Below, piece after piece: positions 39,377 through 49,119 of a DNA stretch of 64,000 nt. The position numbers and the translations under genes are program-made. Each line of letters opens with the position of its first letter. The first letter of the stretch is position 1. This DNA is from Methanomassiliicoccus sp. (GTDB taxonomy: Archaea; Thermoplasmatota; Thermoplasmata; Methanomassiliicoccales; Methanomassiliicoccaceae). The stretch lies in NCBI GenBank assembly GCA_018262895.1, contig JADFDJ010000010.1, positions 17,199 to 81,198 of the forward strand. Direction: 5' to 3'. The notes beneath the pieces are model-generated. The model had not been told where the DNA came from, ran no database searches, and saw nothing but the letters and a program-made list of their open reading frames with translations.

Positions 39377-40018
39377 CTAGCTCTGAGCCCTAGCTTTGCC
39401 GGTCTTGGCCCTGAGGACAAGCTCCCTCATCGACCTGGCCGCCGCTTCCACGTCATCGGCCCCCAGGACGGCGGATATCACGGCTACACCGTCCGCGCCC
39501 GCTGCCACCACCTCCATGACGTTGCCTTCGTTCACGCCGCCGATGGCGATCACCGGTAGCCTCACGGCCGCTTTGATCTCGCTCAGCACCTCCAGGCCGT
39601 GGCCCGGTCCGGCATCGTCCTTCGTGGGCGTGGAGAAGACTGGACTGAGGGCGATATAGTCGGCGCCGTCCCTTTCCGCGGCCAGGGCCTCCTCCACCGA
39701 TCCCACTGAGACCCCTATGATGAACGATGGCGGGGAGAGGGAGCGCGCGGCGGCCACGGGAAGATCGTCCTGGCCTAGGTGGACGCCGTCCGCCCCGGCC
39801 GCCAGCGCGATGTCCAGCCTGTCGTTGACGATGAACATGGCCCTGGACGAGCGGACGAGGGAGCCCATGTCCTTGGCCAGGGCATATAGGTCGTGACCGG
39901 ACAGTGCCTTGTCTCGCAGCTGGATCACATCCGCACCCCCGGCCAGGGCCGCCCTGACCATGGATATGTGGTCACGGCCGCGGGACGCCTGACGATCGGT
40001 GACGATGTACAGCTCCAT
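39377..40018 (-). CDS. thiE: Thiamine-phosphate synthase
   Basis: LYIVTD, IQLRDK, IVNDR, GVHLGQDD, TPTK, AIGG; the N-terminal extension in the ORF track is spurious. Confidence 0.95.
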   Translation of the reverse strand: MELYIVTDRQASRGRDHISMVRAALAGGADVIQLRDKALSGHDLYALAKDMGSLVRSSRAMFIVNDRLDIALAAGADGVHLGQDDLPVAAARSLSPPSFIIGVSVGSVEEALAAERDGADYIALSPVFSTPTKDDAGPGHGLEVLSEIKAAVRLPVIAIGGVNEGNVMEVVAAGADGVAVISAVLGADDVEAAARSMRELVLRAKTGKARAQS

Positions 40019-40026
40019 CTTGCTGA

Positions 40027-40827
40027 TCAAGGCTCCCTCACCCTTGCACCGTCGATCAGGTCGTTTGGCGTCAAGGACGCGACCTCGTCGAGCATCATGA
40101 TCTTGAAGGAGCATGGGGACGAGGTCTTGACCGCTGCGCGCTCCCCGGCGATCCCGAACGCGGCCAGGGCGGCAGCTGAGGACAGCACGCGGTCCTCGGA
40201 AGCAGCGGCGAACGCCGCCACGAGGGACGAGGCCATGCAGCCGGTGCCAGATATCCTTCCCATGAGCTCGTGGCCGTTGTCCACCAGGAGTGTGTCCTGC
40301 CCGTCGGTGACTATGTCGGTGGCCCCGCTCATCACCACCACCGCCCCCGTACCCCTGGCCAGCGAACGGGAGGCCGTTATGGGGTCTCCGGTCATGCCAT
40401 TGGAGTCCACACCTCTGACGCTGCCTCCCACTCCCGCGAGGGTCCCTATCTCTCCCGCATTTCCCTTGATGATGTCGACGTGGAGGTCCCGCAGAAGTTC
40501 CTGCGCCGTCTCGGTGCGGTACCTTGTCGCCCCTGCCCCGACAGGGTCCAGGATGATCGGGATCTTCAGCTCGTTGGCCCGGCGGCCGGCGAGGACCATG
40601 GAGTCCACCTGTTCCTTCCGGAGGGTACCGATGTTCAGCACCAGTGCTCCGGCCATGGAGACCATCTCCGCTACCTCCTCCGGTGCCTCGGCCATGACCG
40701 GGGCCGCCCCTATGAACATCGTGATGTTGGCACAATCGTTTACCGTGACATAGTTGGTGATGTGATGGACCAGTGGCCGCTTCTCCTTCAAACTAGCTAG
40801 GGCTCCTGAAAGCGCTGTCTTATCCAT
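40027..40827 (-). CDS. thiM: Hydroxyethylthiazole kinase
   Basis: [35 protein letters not shown]. Confidence 0.96.
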   Translation of the reverse strand: MDKTALSGALASLKEKRPLVHHITNYVTVNDCANITMFIGAAPVMAEAPEEVAEMVSMAGALVLNIGTLRKEQVDSMVLAGRRANELKIPIILDPVGAGATRYRTETAQELLRDLHVDIIKGNAGEIGTLAGVGGSVRGVDSNGMTGDPITASRSLARGTGAVVVMSGATDIVTDGQDTLLVDNGHELMGRISGTGCMASSLVAAFAAASEDRVLSSAAALAAFGIAGERAAVKTSSPCSFKIMMLDEVASLTPNDLIDGARVREP

Positions 40828-41016
40828 GATTATTCCACCAGTATCGGGGACCGGCATCGTTACGGCCGGCCCACGACCAGATGCGTAGGATAGTGGAACG
40901 ATATAAAAGAGCATTCGGGTGGGGCCGGGATGGTCCATGGCACCACATCAACATCAATGTCGGGTACACAAGTTCATGTTCTCCAAGCAGTTATAAGCTG
41001 CAGGGGTGCCACCGCC

Positions 41017-41271
41017 ATGGACAAGAGGACAGTGCTGCGTGGAGGCCTTACCAGGCAGGAGTTCGACAGCCTGAGGGAGGACATTAGGCAGCTGTTCAGT
41101 GATCATCCCCGGGCCGAGCTCACCATCCTGCTGCTCGACGAGGAGGGCCACCGTACTGAGGACCTTGAGAGCGCCCGCCGCTATGGTCTGGTAATCTATG
41201 AGGACGATATCCTTATCCACGAGGAGCTGGGGGATGTGGTTGAAGGAGTTCTCTCCCGAGCGGACATCTGA
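41017..41271 (+). CDS. Hypothetical acidic protein
   Basis: TTATAAG box ~25 nt upstream of the ATG at 41017 (leaderless pattern); no family recognised. Confidence 0.6.
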   Translation: MDKRTVLRGGLTRQEFDSLREDIRQLFSDHPRAELTILLLDEEGHRTEDLESARRYGLVIYEDDILIHEELGDVVEGVLSRADI

Positions 41272-41459
41272 CCGTGCGCGCCGGCCTCGACGGTGAGCTT
41301 GTACCTGAGTTGTTTTTTGATGGCATCTCTAGGTCATCCCTCCCTGCCATCACCCAGGCCCTCCTGCTTAAGACCGAGGACCAATCGAACCTCGGCTAAT
41401 GTTCGCGCAAAGGGTATTAAGAGCATAGCCGTCATGGACGGAAAAACACTGTGATCGGG

Positions 41460-42530
41460 ATGAACGAGGGCAACTCCGGGTTGGATGCAATGTTCGCTGG
41501 CAATTCACCGCTGGCCAAACTTCAGGCCTCATATTTTGAGCATGCCTCCGCCTTCCGGCTGCAGATCGAGGTTACCTCTACCTGCTCCGCCGATTGCACG
41601 TACTGCTATGCGAAAAGGTCCTCCAAGGGCGAGCCCCTCACCGTGCGGGAGATTAAGGAGCTGCTGCGAAGAGCCGCCTCCCTGGGCATCATGCATGTGG
41701 ACTGGATGGGCGGGGACCCCTTGGAACGCCCTGACTGGATCCAGCTACTTCAGGCCGCGCGGTACAACGGGTTGACCAACAACCTGTGGACGAGCGGCTC
41801 ACGCCTCAACGATGTGGGCACGGCCAAGTGGGTGGTGGACCTCACAGAGGGCGGCTACGTGATGGTACACCTCGACTCCCTCGATCCCGAGGTCCTACGG
41901 TCGATGCGTTCTTCGTACAACCCCGCTACGATGAGGGACACCTTCCGGGGAGTGGAGCTGCTGCAGGACATCGGGAAGCCACCTGCAGAGATCGGGAACC
42001 TCCTCATGCTCACGTCGGCGCAGGGACTTCAGGACGTCAAGGAGACCATGAGCGTGCTGTATGAAAAGTATGGAATGAGGACCTGCCTCATGTCCCTGAA
42101 ACCGGTCGACGGGTCAGGCGAGATGGGTGCCATGCTCCCCTCGCCGGACACGGTCAGCGCCGCCTATCGCTACCGGGACTCGCTCTTCCTTCCAGGACAC
42201 ACCATGGGCTGCCAGGACTTCCCCCGGGAGTACTGCGGCACCACGGTCTTCATCTCCCTGGACGGGGCGGTCTCCTCCTGCTACTCCCTGCGTCGGGAGC
42301 TGGGCTCGGTCCGGGAACAGGACCTGGGGGACATCATGATGAACGGATCCTCCTCCCTATTCTTCAACGAGTTCCGCAAGGGGGCGGGACAGATGGTGTG
42401 CCGGTCCTGCGATAAGAAGATCTGCTGGGGGTGCAGGGCCAATGCCTTCTACTTCGGGGAAGGAGCTGATTCCCGGGACCCCCTGTGCTCCAACGATCCT
42501 GGCCTGGCCAGAATGGACCTGCCGCACTAG
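41460..42530 (+). CDS. Radical SAM / SPASM domain protein
   Basis: CSADCTYC, GGDP, C-terminal YC…GAVSSC…CRSC…CWGCRA…DPLC. Confidence 0.9.
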   Translation: MNEGNSGLDAMFAGNSPLAKLQASYFEHASAFRLQIEVTSTCSADCTYCYAKRSSKGEPLTVREIKELLRRAASLGIMHVDWMGGDPLERPDWIQLLQAARYNGLTNNLWTSGSRLNDVGTAKWVVDLTEGGYVMVHLDSLDPEVLRSMRSSYNPATMRDTFRGVELLQDIGKPPAEIGNLLMLTSAQGLQDVKETMSVLYEKYGMRTCLMSLKPVDGSGEMGAMLPSPDTVSAAYRYRDSLFLPGHTMGCQDFPREYCGTTVFISLDGAVSSCYSLRRELGSVREQDLGDIMMNGSSSLFFNEFRKGAGQMVCRSCDKKICWGCRANAFYFGEGADSRDPLCSNDPGLARMDLPH

Positions 42531-43276
42531 TCGTAGAGGGTGGGCTCAAGGACGAACTTGCAGTAGTTGCTCTTTATCCCGAAGCACTCTGACTGGGTAA
42601 CCCTCAGGGGTACGCCCGTGAGGCTGTCGAACACAGCTTCCAGTATGCCCTCGTTCAATATGCACAGGGTCTTTCCCACGTCCGGTACGTCGGACATGTC
42701 GTAGTCGTCCTTGACTATAAGGGTCAGCGGTACCAGGGAGTACACGTTCAGCTCTCCCAGGTCATGCTGGGAGAAGAACTCCTTCACCTCATCGATGAGG
42801 CCCTTTACATCGGTCGACCTCATGTGCCTGGACATCGCCGTTCCGATCTGCCGGCCAATGTCCTTGAGCACCGGGTCCATGTTAAGGCCGATGGCCTCGA
42901 CCCCGATGACCAGCGCCCTGATCTCCCCCTTCAGGAACTTGGCCGGCGAGCCGATGCTCTTGTCGATGATGCTCCCTATGGCCCTGGTGAGGTCCTCCCT
43001 GGGCACAACAGAACTGCCCACGGGCTTGGACACCAGGTAGAAGATCTTACGGCGGTTGTCGGTGGGATCGTCTCTCGATGCCACCAGCCCCTCCTTCACC
43101 ATCTTGTCAAGGTGCACCGACAGTGTGGACTGGGCCTTTCCAGTGAGCTGGGCGATCTCGGACAGGCTTAGGTCCCGCCTCTGGAGCTCACTGAGGATCT
43201 TCTGTCGAACCGGGTTGGAGATCTGCTTCAGCCCGGAGCTGGTAGAATACACATCTAGGGCGGAGCTTTTCTTCAT
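42527..43276 (-). CDS. ArsR-type HTH + V4R domain transcriptional regulator
   Basis: PVRQKIL…SLSEIAQLTGKAQSTLSVHL; V4R LCILNEGIL…ECFG…YCKF. Confidence 0.9.
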   Translation of the reverse strand: MKKSSALDVYSTSSGLKQISNPVRQKILSELQRRDLSLSEIAQLTGKAQSTLSVHLDKMVKEGLVASRDDPTDNRRKIFYLVSKPVGSSVVPREDLTRAIGSIIDKSIGSPAKFLKGEIRALVIGVEAIGLNMDPVLKDIGRQIGTAMSRHMRSTDVKGLIDEVKEFFSQHDLGELNVYSLVPLTLIVKDDYDMSDVPDVGKTLCILNEGILEAVFDSLTGVPLRVTQSECFGIKSNYCKFVLEPTLYD

Positions 43277-43389
43277 GTGGTCAATGGACTAAATTGCTCC
43301 GTGCGTATTAAGTCTTAGCGAATGTTCGGTTAACGGCCGTTATGCCAATGGTTTTGTATAGCGGATTGGAATGACTTCTGGGTCTGACT

Positions 43390-44412
43390 ATGAGAGTGGT
43401 TAACGGCGAGCAGAGCATGGATACCAGGGCGGTATGGTTCGAGAACGGCAAGGTCCGGATGATAGACCAGCGCCTGATACCCCAGCGATTCCAGGTCATA
43501 GATCTCCAGGACCACATGGGTGTGGCCGAGGCCATAAGGAACATGACGGTCAGGGGTGCCCCGTCCATAGGGGCAGCGGCGGCCTACGGCATGGCGTTGG
43601 CGGCACGCAACGGGGTGGACCTCGGCACAGCCGCGGTGGAGCTAAAGGGAACGCGGCCCACGGCCTACGACCTGTTCTACGCGGTGGACCACATGGTGGC
43701 CATGCTGGAGCGGGGCGATGATCCCGTCCAGGCGGCCGATGGCTACGCCGACCAGGTGGTGGAGAGATGCCGCCTCATCGGGGAATATGGGGCCGAACTC
43801 ATCAAGGACGAGAACAACATCATGACCCACTGCAACGCGGGTGCCCTGGCCACGGTGGACATCGGGACCGCCCTCGCTCCCATCCGCACGGCCTGGCACC
43901 GGGGACGGCGCATCTATGTCTACGTTTCCGAGACCCGGCCCCGCCTCCAGGGGATGAGGCTCACCGCCTGGGAGCTGTACAACGAGGGCATCCCCCACTC
44001 CATTATCGTGGACGGTGCGGCCGGCCATTACCTGAGGAAGGATGTGAACCTGGTCATCGTGGGCGCGGACCGTATCGCCGCCAATGGGGACTTCGCCAAC
44101 AAGATAGGCACCTTCGACAAGGCCGTGCTCTGCCGCGAGCTGGCCGTTCCCTTCTACGTGGCCGCGCCCATATCCACCTTCGACTTCTCCATCTCCACGG
44201 GCAACGATATTGTCATCGAGGACCGCTCCGAGGACGAGGTCACTCAAGTAGGGGCAGAAAGGCTCGCTCCAGAGGGTTCGCCCGCCCTCAACCCATCGTT
44301 CGACATGACCCCCGCGATGTACGTGACCGGCTTCATAACCGAGGTGGGGATATTACCTCCGGCGGAGATAGAGCGGGTCCGCAAGGCCCAGGTCACGGGG
44401 GATGAGCTTTGA
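43390..44412 (+). CDS. mtnA: S-methyl-5-thioribose-1-phosphate isomerase (eIF2B-like family)
   Basis: IDQR, VRGAPSIG, TRPTA, THCNAGALAT, ETRPRLQG, ANKIGT. Confidence 0.93.
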   Translation: MRVVNGEQSMDTRAVWFENGKVRMIDQRLIPQRFQVIDLQDHMGVAEAIRNMTVRGAPSIGAAAAYGMALAARNGVDLGTAAVELKGTRPTAYDLFYAVDHMVAMLERGDDPVQAADGYADQVVERCRLIGEYGAELIKDENNIMTHCNAGALATVDIGTALAPIRTAWHRGRRIYVYVSETRPRLQGMRLTAWELYNEGIPHSIIVDGAAGHYLRKDVNLVIVGADRIAANGDFANKIGTFDKAVLCRELAVPFYVAAPISTFDFSISTGNDIVIEDRSEDEVTQVGAERLAPEGSPALNPSFDMTPAMYVTGFITEVGILPPAEIERVRKAQVTGDEL

Positions 44413-45038
44413 TGGACGAGGGCAGGGGCAGGAGGGACCTCGCCGAGATAGCGCGCCTTTCCTATGAACGGCGCCTCACCTTCGGATCGGGAGGCAACCT
44501 CAGCCTCCGCTTGGAAGAGCGCACCATCCTGATCACGCCATCGGGCACCATAAAGGGGCTCCTCTCCCCGGAACAGATGATCAGGGTGGACCTGGAGACG
44601 GGCAAGGCTGAGGGCGGAAGGCCCTCCATGGAGACGCCTTTCCACACCGGGCTCTACCGTGCCCGCCCGGACGTGGGAGCGGTGGTGCATCTGCACCCGC
44701 CCTCCTGCACCACCATGGCGCTGCTGGGCTGGGAGCTGCGGCCGGCCATAACTCCGGAGGGCGTCCTTGTCCTGGGGCCAAAGGTGCCCATGATCGGCTA
44801 CGCCACCCCGGGATCGGCGGAGCTGGCGAACAATGTCGTCACCGGCCTGGCGAAGGACAACGCCGCGCTGCTTAGGAGCCATGGGGCGCTGGCTGTGGGA
44901 AGGGATATCATGGAGGCCTTCTCCCGCATGGAGACGATGGAGTACATCGCCTTCCTTCAACTGAGGTGCGAGGAGCTGGGAGACCTTCCTGACCTGCCCC
45001 CTGAGGAAGTGGCCAGGATGGCATCCAAACATTCATGA
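44412..45038 (+). CDS. Class II aldolase/adducin family protein (FucA/Ald2-like)
   Basis: GGNLS, ITPSG, PSMETPFH, VHLHP, LRSHG. Confidence 0.9.
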   Translation: MDEGRGRRDLAEIARLSYERRLTFGSGGNLSLRLEERTILITPSGTIKGLLSPEQMIRVDLETGKAEGGRPSMETPFHTGLYRARPDVGAVVHLHPPSCTTMALLGWELRPAITPEGVLVLGPKVPMIGYATPGSAELANNVVTGLAKDNAALLRSHGALAVGRDIMEAFSRMETMEYIAFLQLRCEELGDLPDLPPEEVARMASKHS

Positions 45039-45061
45039 GCCGATAAGGAGTGGGGTGCGAG

Positions 45062-46195
45062 ATGATCCTGGTCACGAAGTGGTTCGGCGTGTTTTTGGTT
45101 GACAAGGAGAAGGAGCAGGTGGTCCGCCACCTCCTGTTCGAGAAGGAACCCAAGGCCATAGCCGCCAAGCTGGCGCTCGTGCAGAAGGGTGAGGTTCTTC
45201 CCGAGGAGAGGAAGCTCGCTCAGAAGAGGATGCGGGTGGCCGAGCCTCGACTGTCCTCCTTGGGAAAGCCCGAGGTGGTGGACACGGCGTTCATCAAACC
45301 GGTGGACTACGGATTCTCGCCCCAGCTCATGCAGAAGGTCATGGTCGAGCTCGGTAAGATCAGGACCAGGGAACCGCTGCCAGCAGACCGTTTCATAGTC
45401 CAGGCCGTGCGGGCCTTGGACGATACCATCGAGATGATCAACCTCATGAGCGAGAGGTTGCATGAGTGGTACGGCCTCCACTTCCCGGAGCTGGCCGACT
45501 ATGCGCGGGAGGAGAGGTACGTCAAGCTCATCTCCGAGAAGGGGGTCCGCGATGCCATACTTGACGCTCTCGATCTCCAGCTGGAGTCGGTGGGATCAGA
45601 GCTGGAGGACAAGGACCTGGATGTGGTCCAGAGGTTCGCCACCACCCTACTGTCCCTGTACGAGGAGAAGGAGCGCCTGGAGATGTACATCGCAGAGCGC
45701 ATGCAGGAGGCCGCTCCCAACCTCACATCTGTGGTGGGGGCAAGCCTGGGTGCCCGTCTCATTTCCATCGCCGGGGGGCTGAAGAGGCTTTCCCAGATGC
45801 CGGCGGGCACCGTGCAGCTGCTGGGTGCGGAGAAGGCCTTGTTCGCCCACCTCAAGCAGGGAAAGAGGCCGCCCAAGCATGGGGTCATATTCCAGCACCC
45901 TACGGTGCACCGGGCTCCATACTGGCAGCGAGGTAAGATCTCCCGAACCATGGGCGGGAAGCTGTCCATCGCCTCCCGGGTGGACTACTACAAGGGCGCC
46001 TTCGTGGGAGACCAGCTCAACGCGGACATCGCCCGGCGGGTGGAGGAGATAATAAGGAAGTACCCTGAGCCGCCCCCGAAGGAGCGCCGTGCCCCCCGAC
46101 AGGATGCTCCTCCCCGCCGCAGCCCCCGCCCCCCACAGAGGGAAGGGCAGAGGGGGGCAGGGGGCCGCCCGCGGTGGAGCGGAAAGAGAAGGTGA
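45062..46195 (+). CDS. nop5: Box C/D sRNP protein Nop5 (Nop56/58)
   Basis: LHEWYGLHFPEL, APNL, GTVQLLGAEKALF, PPKHGVIFQHP, RGKISR. Confidence 0.96.
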   Translation: MILVTKWFGVFLVDKEKEQVVRHLLFEKEPKAIAAKLALVQKGEVLPEERKLAQKRMRVAEPRLSSLGKPEVVDTAFIKPVDYGFSPQLMQKVMVELGKIRTREPLPADRFIVQAVRALDDTIEMINLMSERLHEWYGLHFPELADYAREERYVKLISEKGVRDAILDALDLQLESVGSELEDKDLDVVQRFATTLLSLYEEKERLEMYIAERMQEAAPNLTSVVGASLGARLISIAGGLKRLSQMPAGTVQLLGAEKALFAHLKQGKRPPKHGVIFQHPTVHRAPYWQRGKISRTMGGKLSIASRVDYYKGAFVGDQLNADIARRVEEIIRKYPEPPPKERRAPRQDAPPRRSPRPPQREGQRGAGGRPRWSGKRR

Positions 46196-46328
46196 CGAAC
46201 CCCTGCGCTTCAATCACCGATGATCGCCCTCCGAGCCTTCCTTCAGGAGGGCTGGAACGTTCTTTATGGCTCAATCGCACATAAGCAAAATATATAAGCA
46301 GTGGGGGATTTCCCTCATATGATATATT

Positions 46329-46712
46329 ATGTGGACTCAGGCTGAGGTAAGGGAGCTCAAGGTCGGCCGCTATATGCTTATCGACGATGAACCCTGTAAG
46401 ATATTATCTATTGACACTTCCAAGCCCGGTAAGCACGGCGAGGCCAAGAGCCGGATCGATGCTGTCGGCCTGTACGATGGGAAGAAGCGCAGCGTGGTGC
46501 ACCCGGTCAAGCATAAGGTCCAGGTCCCCATGATCGACAAGAGGAAGGGGCAGATCTTGCACATATCCGGCGATGAGGCCCAGATGATGGACCTGGAGAC
46601 CTTCGAGCAGTTCTCGCTTCCCATCGATGAGGAGCTGCGGGGACAGATCAACGCCGGGGACGAGGTCCTTTACATGGTGGCCATGGGCAAGCGAAAGATC
46701 ACCAAGGTCTGA
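46329..46712 (+). CDS. eif5a: Translation factor aIF5A
   Basis: Hypusination motif [10 protein letters not shown]. Confidence 0.97.
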   Translation: MWTQAEVRELKVGRYMLIDDEPCKILSIDTSKPGKHGEAKSRIDAVGLYDGKKRSVVHPVKHKVQVPMIDKRKGQILHISGDEAQMMDLETFEQFSLPIDEELRGQINAGDEVLYMVAMGKRKITKV

Positions 46713-46724
46713 GAAGGTAGCCTC

Positions 46725-47618
46725 ATGCCCGCTACGGGTGTAAGCTTCCTAGGGGCTGATTCCCCTTATCCGGAAGCGAAGTTCGTGGTGGTCGGGATCC
46801 CCTTCGATCTCACCACCTCCTTCCGCCCAGGGGCACGAGCTGCTCCCAACGCGGTTCGGGAGGCATCATATCATTTTGAGCAGTTCATGCTCGAGCATGG
46901 CCTTGACCTGAGCGAGGTCAAGGTCCATGACCTCGGCAACCTCCGGGACTTCATGTCGGTGGAGGACATGATGGACGAGACCAAGGAGGTGGCCAAGGGT
47001 ATCGTCGGCGACGGCAAGTTCCCTATCTTCCTCGGCGGTGAGCATACCATAACCATTCCGGCCATAGAGGCCTTCGATGACATCGGCATCATCTTCATCA
47101 ACGCTCATCTGAACTTCAAGAACGCCAGGATGGGGCAGCGGTCCTGTCACGATACTGTATCCAAGAGGGCCGCGGAGCATGTGGGCAAGGACAACATCCT
47201 GGTCTTCGGTGTGCGTTCCATATCCCACGAGGAGCATGTGAGCGGCAACCTGCCGGAGTACATCGATGCCTACACCATTGCCACGGAAGGGGTGGAGAAA
47301 GCGTTCAAGCGCGCGCTCAACATCATCAAGAAGGACAAGATCTACCTGAGCCTGGACATGGACGGCCTGGACCCTGCCTTCGCGCCGGCCACGGGAATGC
47401 CCGAGCCCTTCGGCCTGACATCCCTGGACGTCAAGAAGTGCATCAACATGCTGGGCCCACGCCTGGTGGGATTGGATGTCGTGGAGATCTCCCCTCCCTA
47501 TGACAAGGGCAACACCGCCGCCCTCGGCGCCAGAATGGTGCAGGAGGCCATCGCGGTGGCCTGGAAGTATCAGAAGGTCGAGGAGCGGACCGGGACGCGT
47601 CCGTTCTGGCGGCGTTAG
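46725..47618 (+). CDS. Agmatinase-like ureohydrolase with an altered metal-binding motif
   Basis: SFRPGARAAP, GGEH, SLDMDGLDP, DVVE present; DAHxD reads NAHLN. Confidence 0.88.
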   Translation: MPATGVSFLGADSPYPEAKFVVVGIPFDLTTSFRPGARAAPNAVREASYHFEQFMLEHGLDLSEVKVHDLGNLRDFMSVEDMMDETKEVAKGIVGDGKFPIFLGGEHTITIPAIEAFDDIGIIFINAHLNFKNARMGQRSCHDTVSKRAAEHVGKDNILVFGVRSISHEEHVSGNLPEYIDAYTIATEGVEKAFKRALNIIKKDKIYLSLDMDGLDPAFAPATGMPEPFGLTSLDVKKCINMLGPRLVGLDVVEISPPYDKGNTAALGARMVQEAIAVAWKYQKVEERTGTRPFWRR

Positions 47619-47760
47619 GGTCCTCAAAGATTATCACCGCCTCGTGATAGGCCCATTCTTCGATGTCATCGCTCCCGGCGTTCCCAGGGGCTCACCTCCA
47701 CGAATGCAGGGGATACGCTCCTGGCATCTGGACAGAAATAAGAAAGATGAGGGAAAGAGT

Positions 47761-49113
47761 TCAACGCGCCAAGAGGTCCACGAGGACCTTCTCGCATTCC
47801 TCGGAGCGCTTCTTGGCATCCTCACTGGTCTTGGCCTCGGAGTATATGCGGAACAGGGGCTCGGTGCCCGACGGCCGCACCAGCGTCCAGCCGTCATCGT
47901 AGCAGATCTTGACCCCGTCGGTGGTGTCCACCCGCTGGGAGCGGTAGTGCTCCACCAGGGCGGCCAGCACCCTCTCCTTGCATTCTTCCGAGCACACCAG
48001 CTTGCGCTTGTCCTGGCTGTACGTGGGGATGTTGTCCACGAGCTTGGACAGCGGACCGTTGCGGGTGACTATCTCCAGCATCTTGGCGACCGTCATGGCG
48101 CCATCGCGGCAGTACTGATGCTTGGGGAAGATCAGACCTCCGTTCTCCTCCCCGCCGAAGAGCGCCTTCACCTCTATCATCTTCCTGGCCACGACCGGCG
48201 ATCCCACCCGGGTGTAGATGATGTCGCCTCCCGCCCTTCTCACTACGTCCTCCACGGCCATCGATGACGACACCGGGGTGACCACAGTGCCCCCTCCGTT
48301 CTCCCTGACCATGGCCTCAGCGGTTATGGCCAGCGACTTATCGCCATAGAGGTAGCGGCCCTTGTCGTCCACAAAGATGGTCCGGTCCGCATCCCCATCA
48401 TGGGCTATGCCCATGTCAGCCCCCGTATCCTTGACCATGGCGATGAGGTCTCGGAGGTGGGACTCCACCGGTTCCGAGGGGTGCCCCGGGAACGTCCCCT
48501 GAGGGTTGCAGTTGATGGTTATGGCACGGACGTTCAGATCGTCCAGGAGCAAGGGCGTGGACACCACCCCCGCACCGTTGGCGCAGTCCAGGACCACCGT
48601 CAATCCCGCGCCCCGGATGGCATCGGCGTCCACCAGCCTCTTGACGGAGTCCAGGTAATCGTGGACGGCCCCGGAGGCCTGGCGCATCTGGCCAACGGCG
48701 TTCCAGGGCATGCTGCGGAACGTCCTGGTGAAATAGAGCCTCTCTATCTCCTCTTCCTTGGAGCGCGGCATCTCGGTCCCGTCCGAGTCTATGCACTTTA
48801 TGCCGTTGAACTCCGGAGGGTTGTGGGATGCGGTGATCATGATGCCGCCTGCCAGCCCATTGTTCTTTACGTAGTGCTGCACCACTGGGGTGGGCACCAG
48901 GCCCAGGTCCAGGACCTGAGCGCCAGCGCACATGAGACCCGAGGATACCGCGCTCTTGATCATGGCGGCAGATGTACGGGAGTCGTTGCCGATGGCCACG
49001 CGGCCGCCCATGAATGTACCTATTGCCTTACCCAGGTCCATGGCCAGCTGGACGTTCATGTCCTTGTTGATCACACCTCTGACGCCATTGGTTCCGAACA
49101 GCCTGCCTCCCAT
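47761..49113 (-). CDS. Phosphohexomutase (PMM/PGM or second GlmM)
   Basis: LFGTNGVRG, TASHNP, HDGDADR, GEENGG, RPSGTEP. Confidence 0.92.
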   Translation of the reverse strand: MGGRLFGTNGVRGVINKDMNVQLAMDLGKAIGTFMGGRVAIGNDSRTSAAMIKSAVSSGLMCAGAQVLDLGLVPTPVVQHYVKNNGLAGGIMITASHNPPEFNGIKCIDSDGTEMPRSKEEEIERLYFTRTFRSMPWNAVGQMRQASGAVHDYLDSVKRLVDADAIRGAGLTVVLDCANGAGVVSTPLLLDDLNVRAITINCNPQGTFPGHPSEPVESHLRDLIAMVKDTGADMGIAHDGDADRTIFVDDKGRYLYGDKSLAITAEAMVRENGGGTVVTPVSSSMAVEDVVRRAGGDIIYTRVGSPVVARKMIEVKALFGGEENGGLIFPKHQYCRDGAMTVAKMLEIVTRNGPLSKLVDNIPTYSQDKRKLVCSEECKERVLAALVEHYRSQRVDTTDGVKICYDDGWTLVRPSGTEPLFRIYSEAKTSEDAKKRSEECEKVLVDLLAR

Positions 49114-49119
49114 GTAATA

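Noticed and set aside
39377..40735. 452-aa ORF suggesting a long ThiE fusion
   Set aside because: The N-terminal part is an alternate-frame shadow of thiM; ThiE homology starts at MELYIVTD.
40830..40940. TPP riboswitch upstream of thiM
   Set aside because: Lacks CTGAGA and the P4/P5 consensus; reported only as a leader hairpin.
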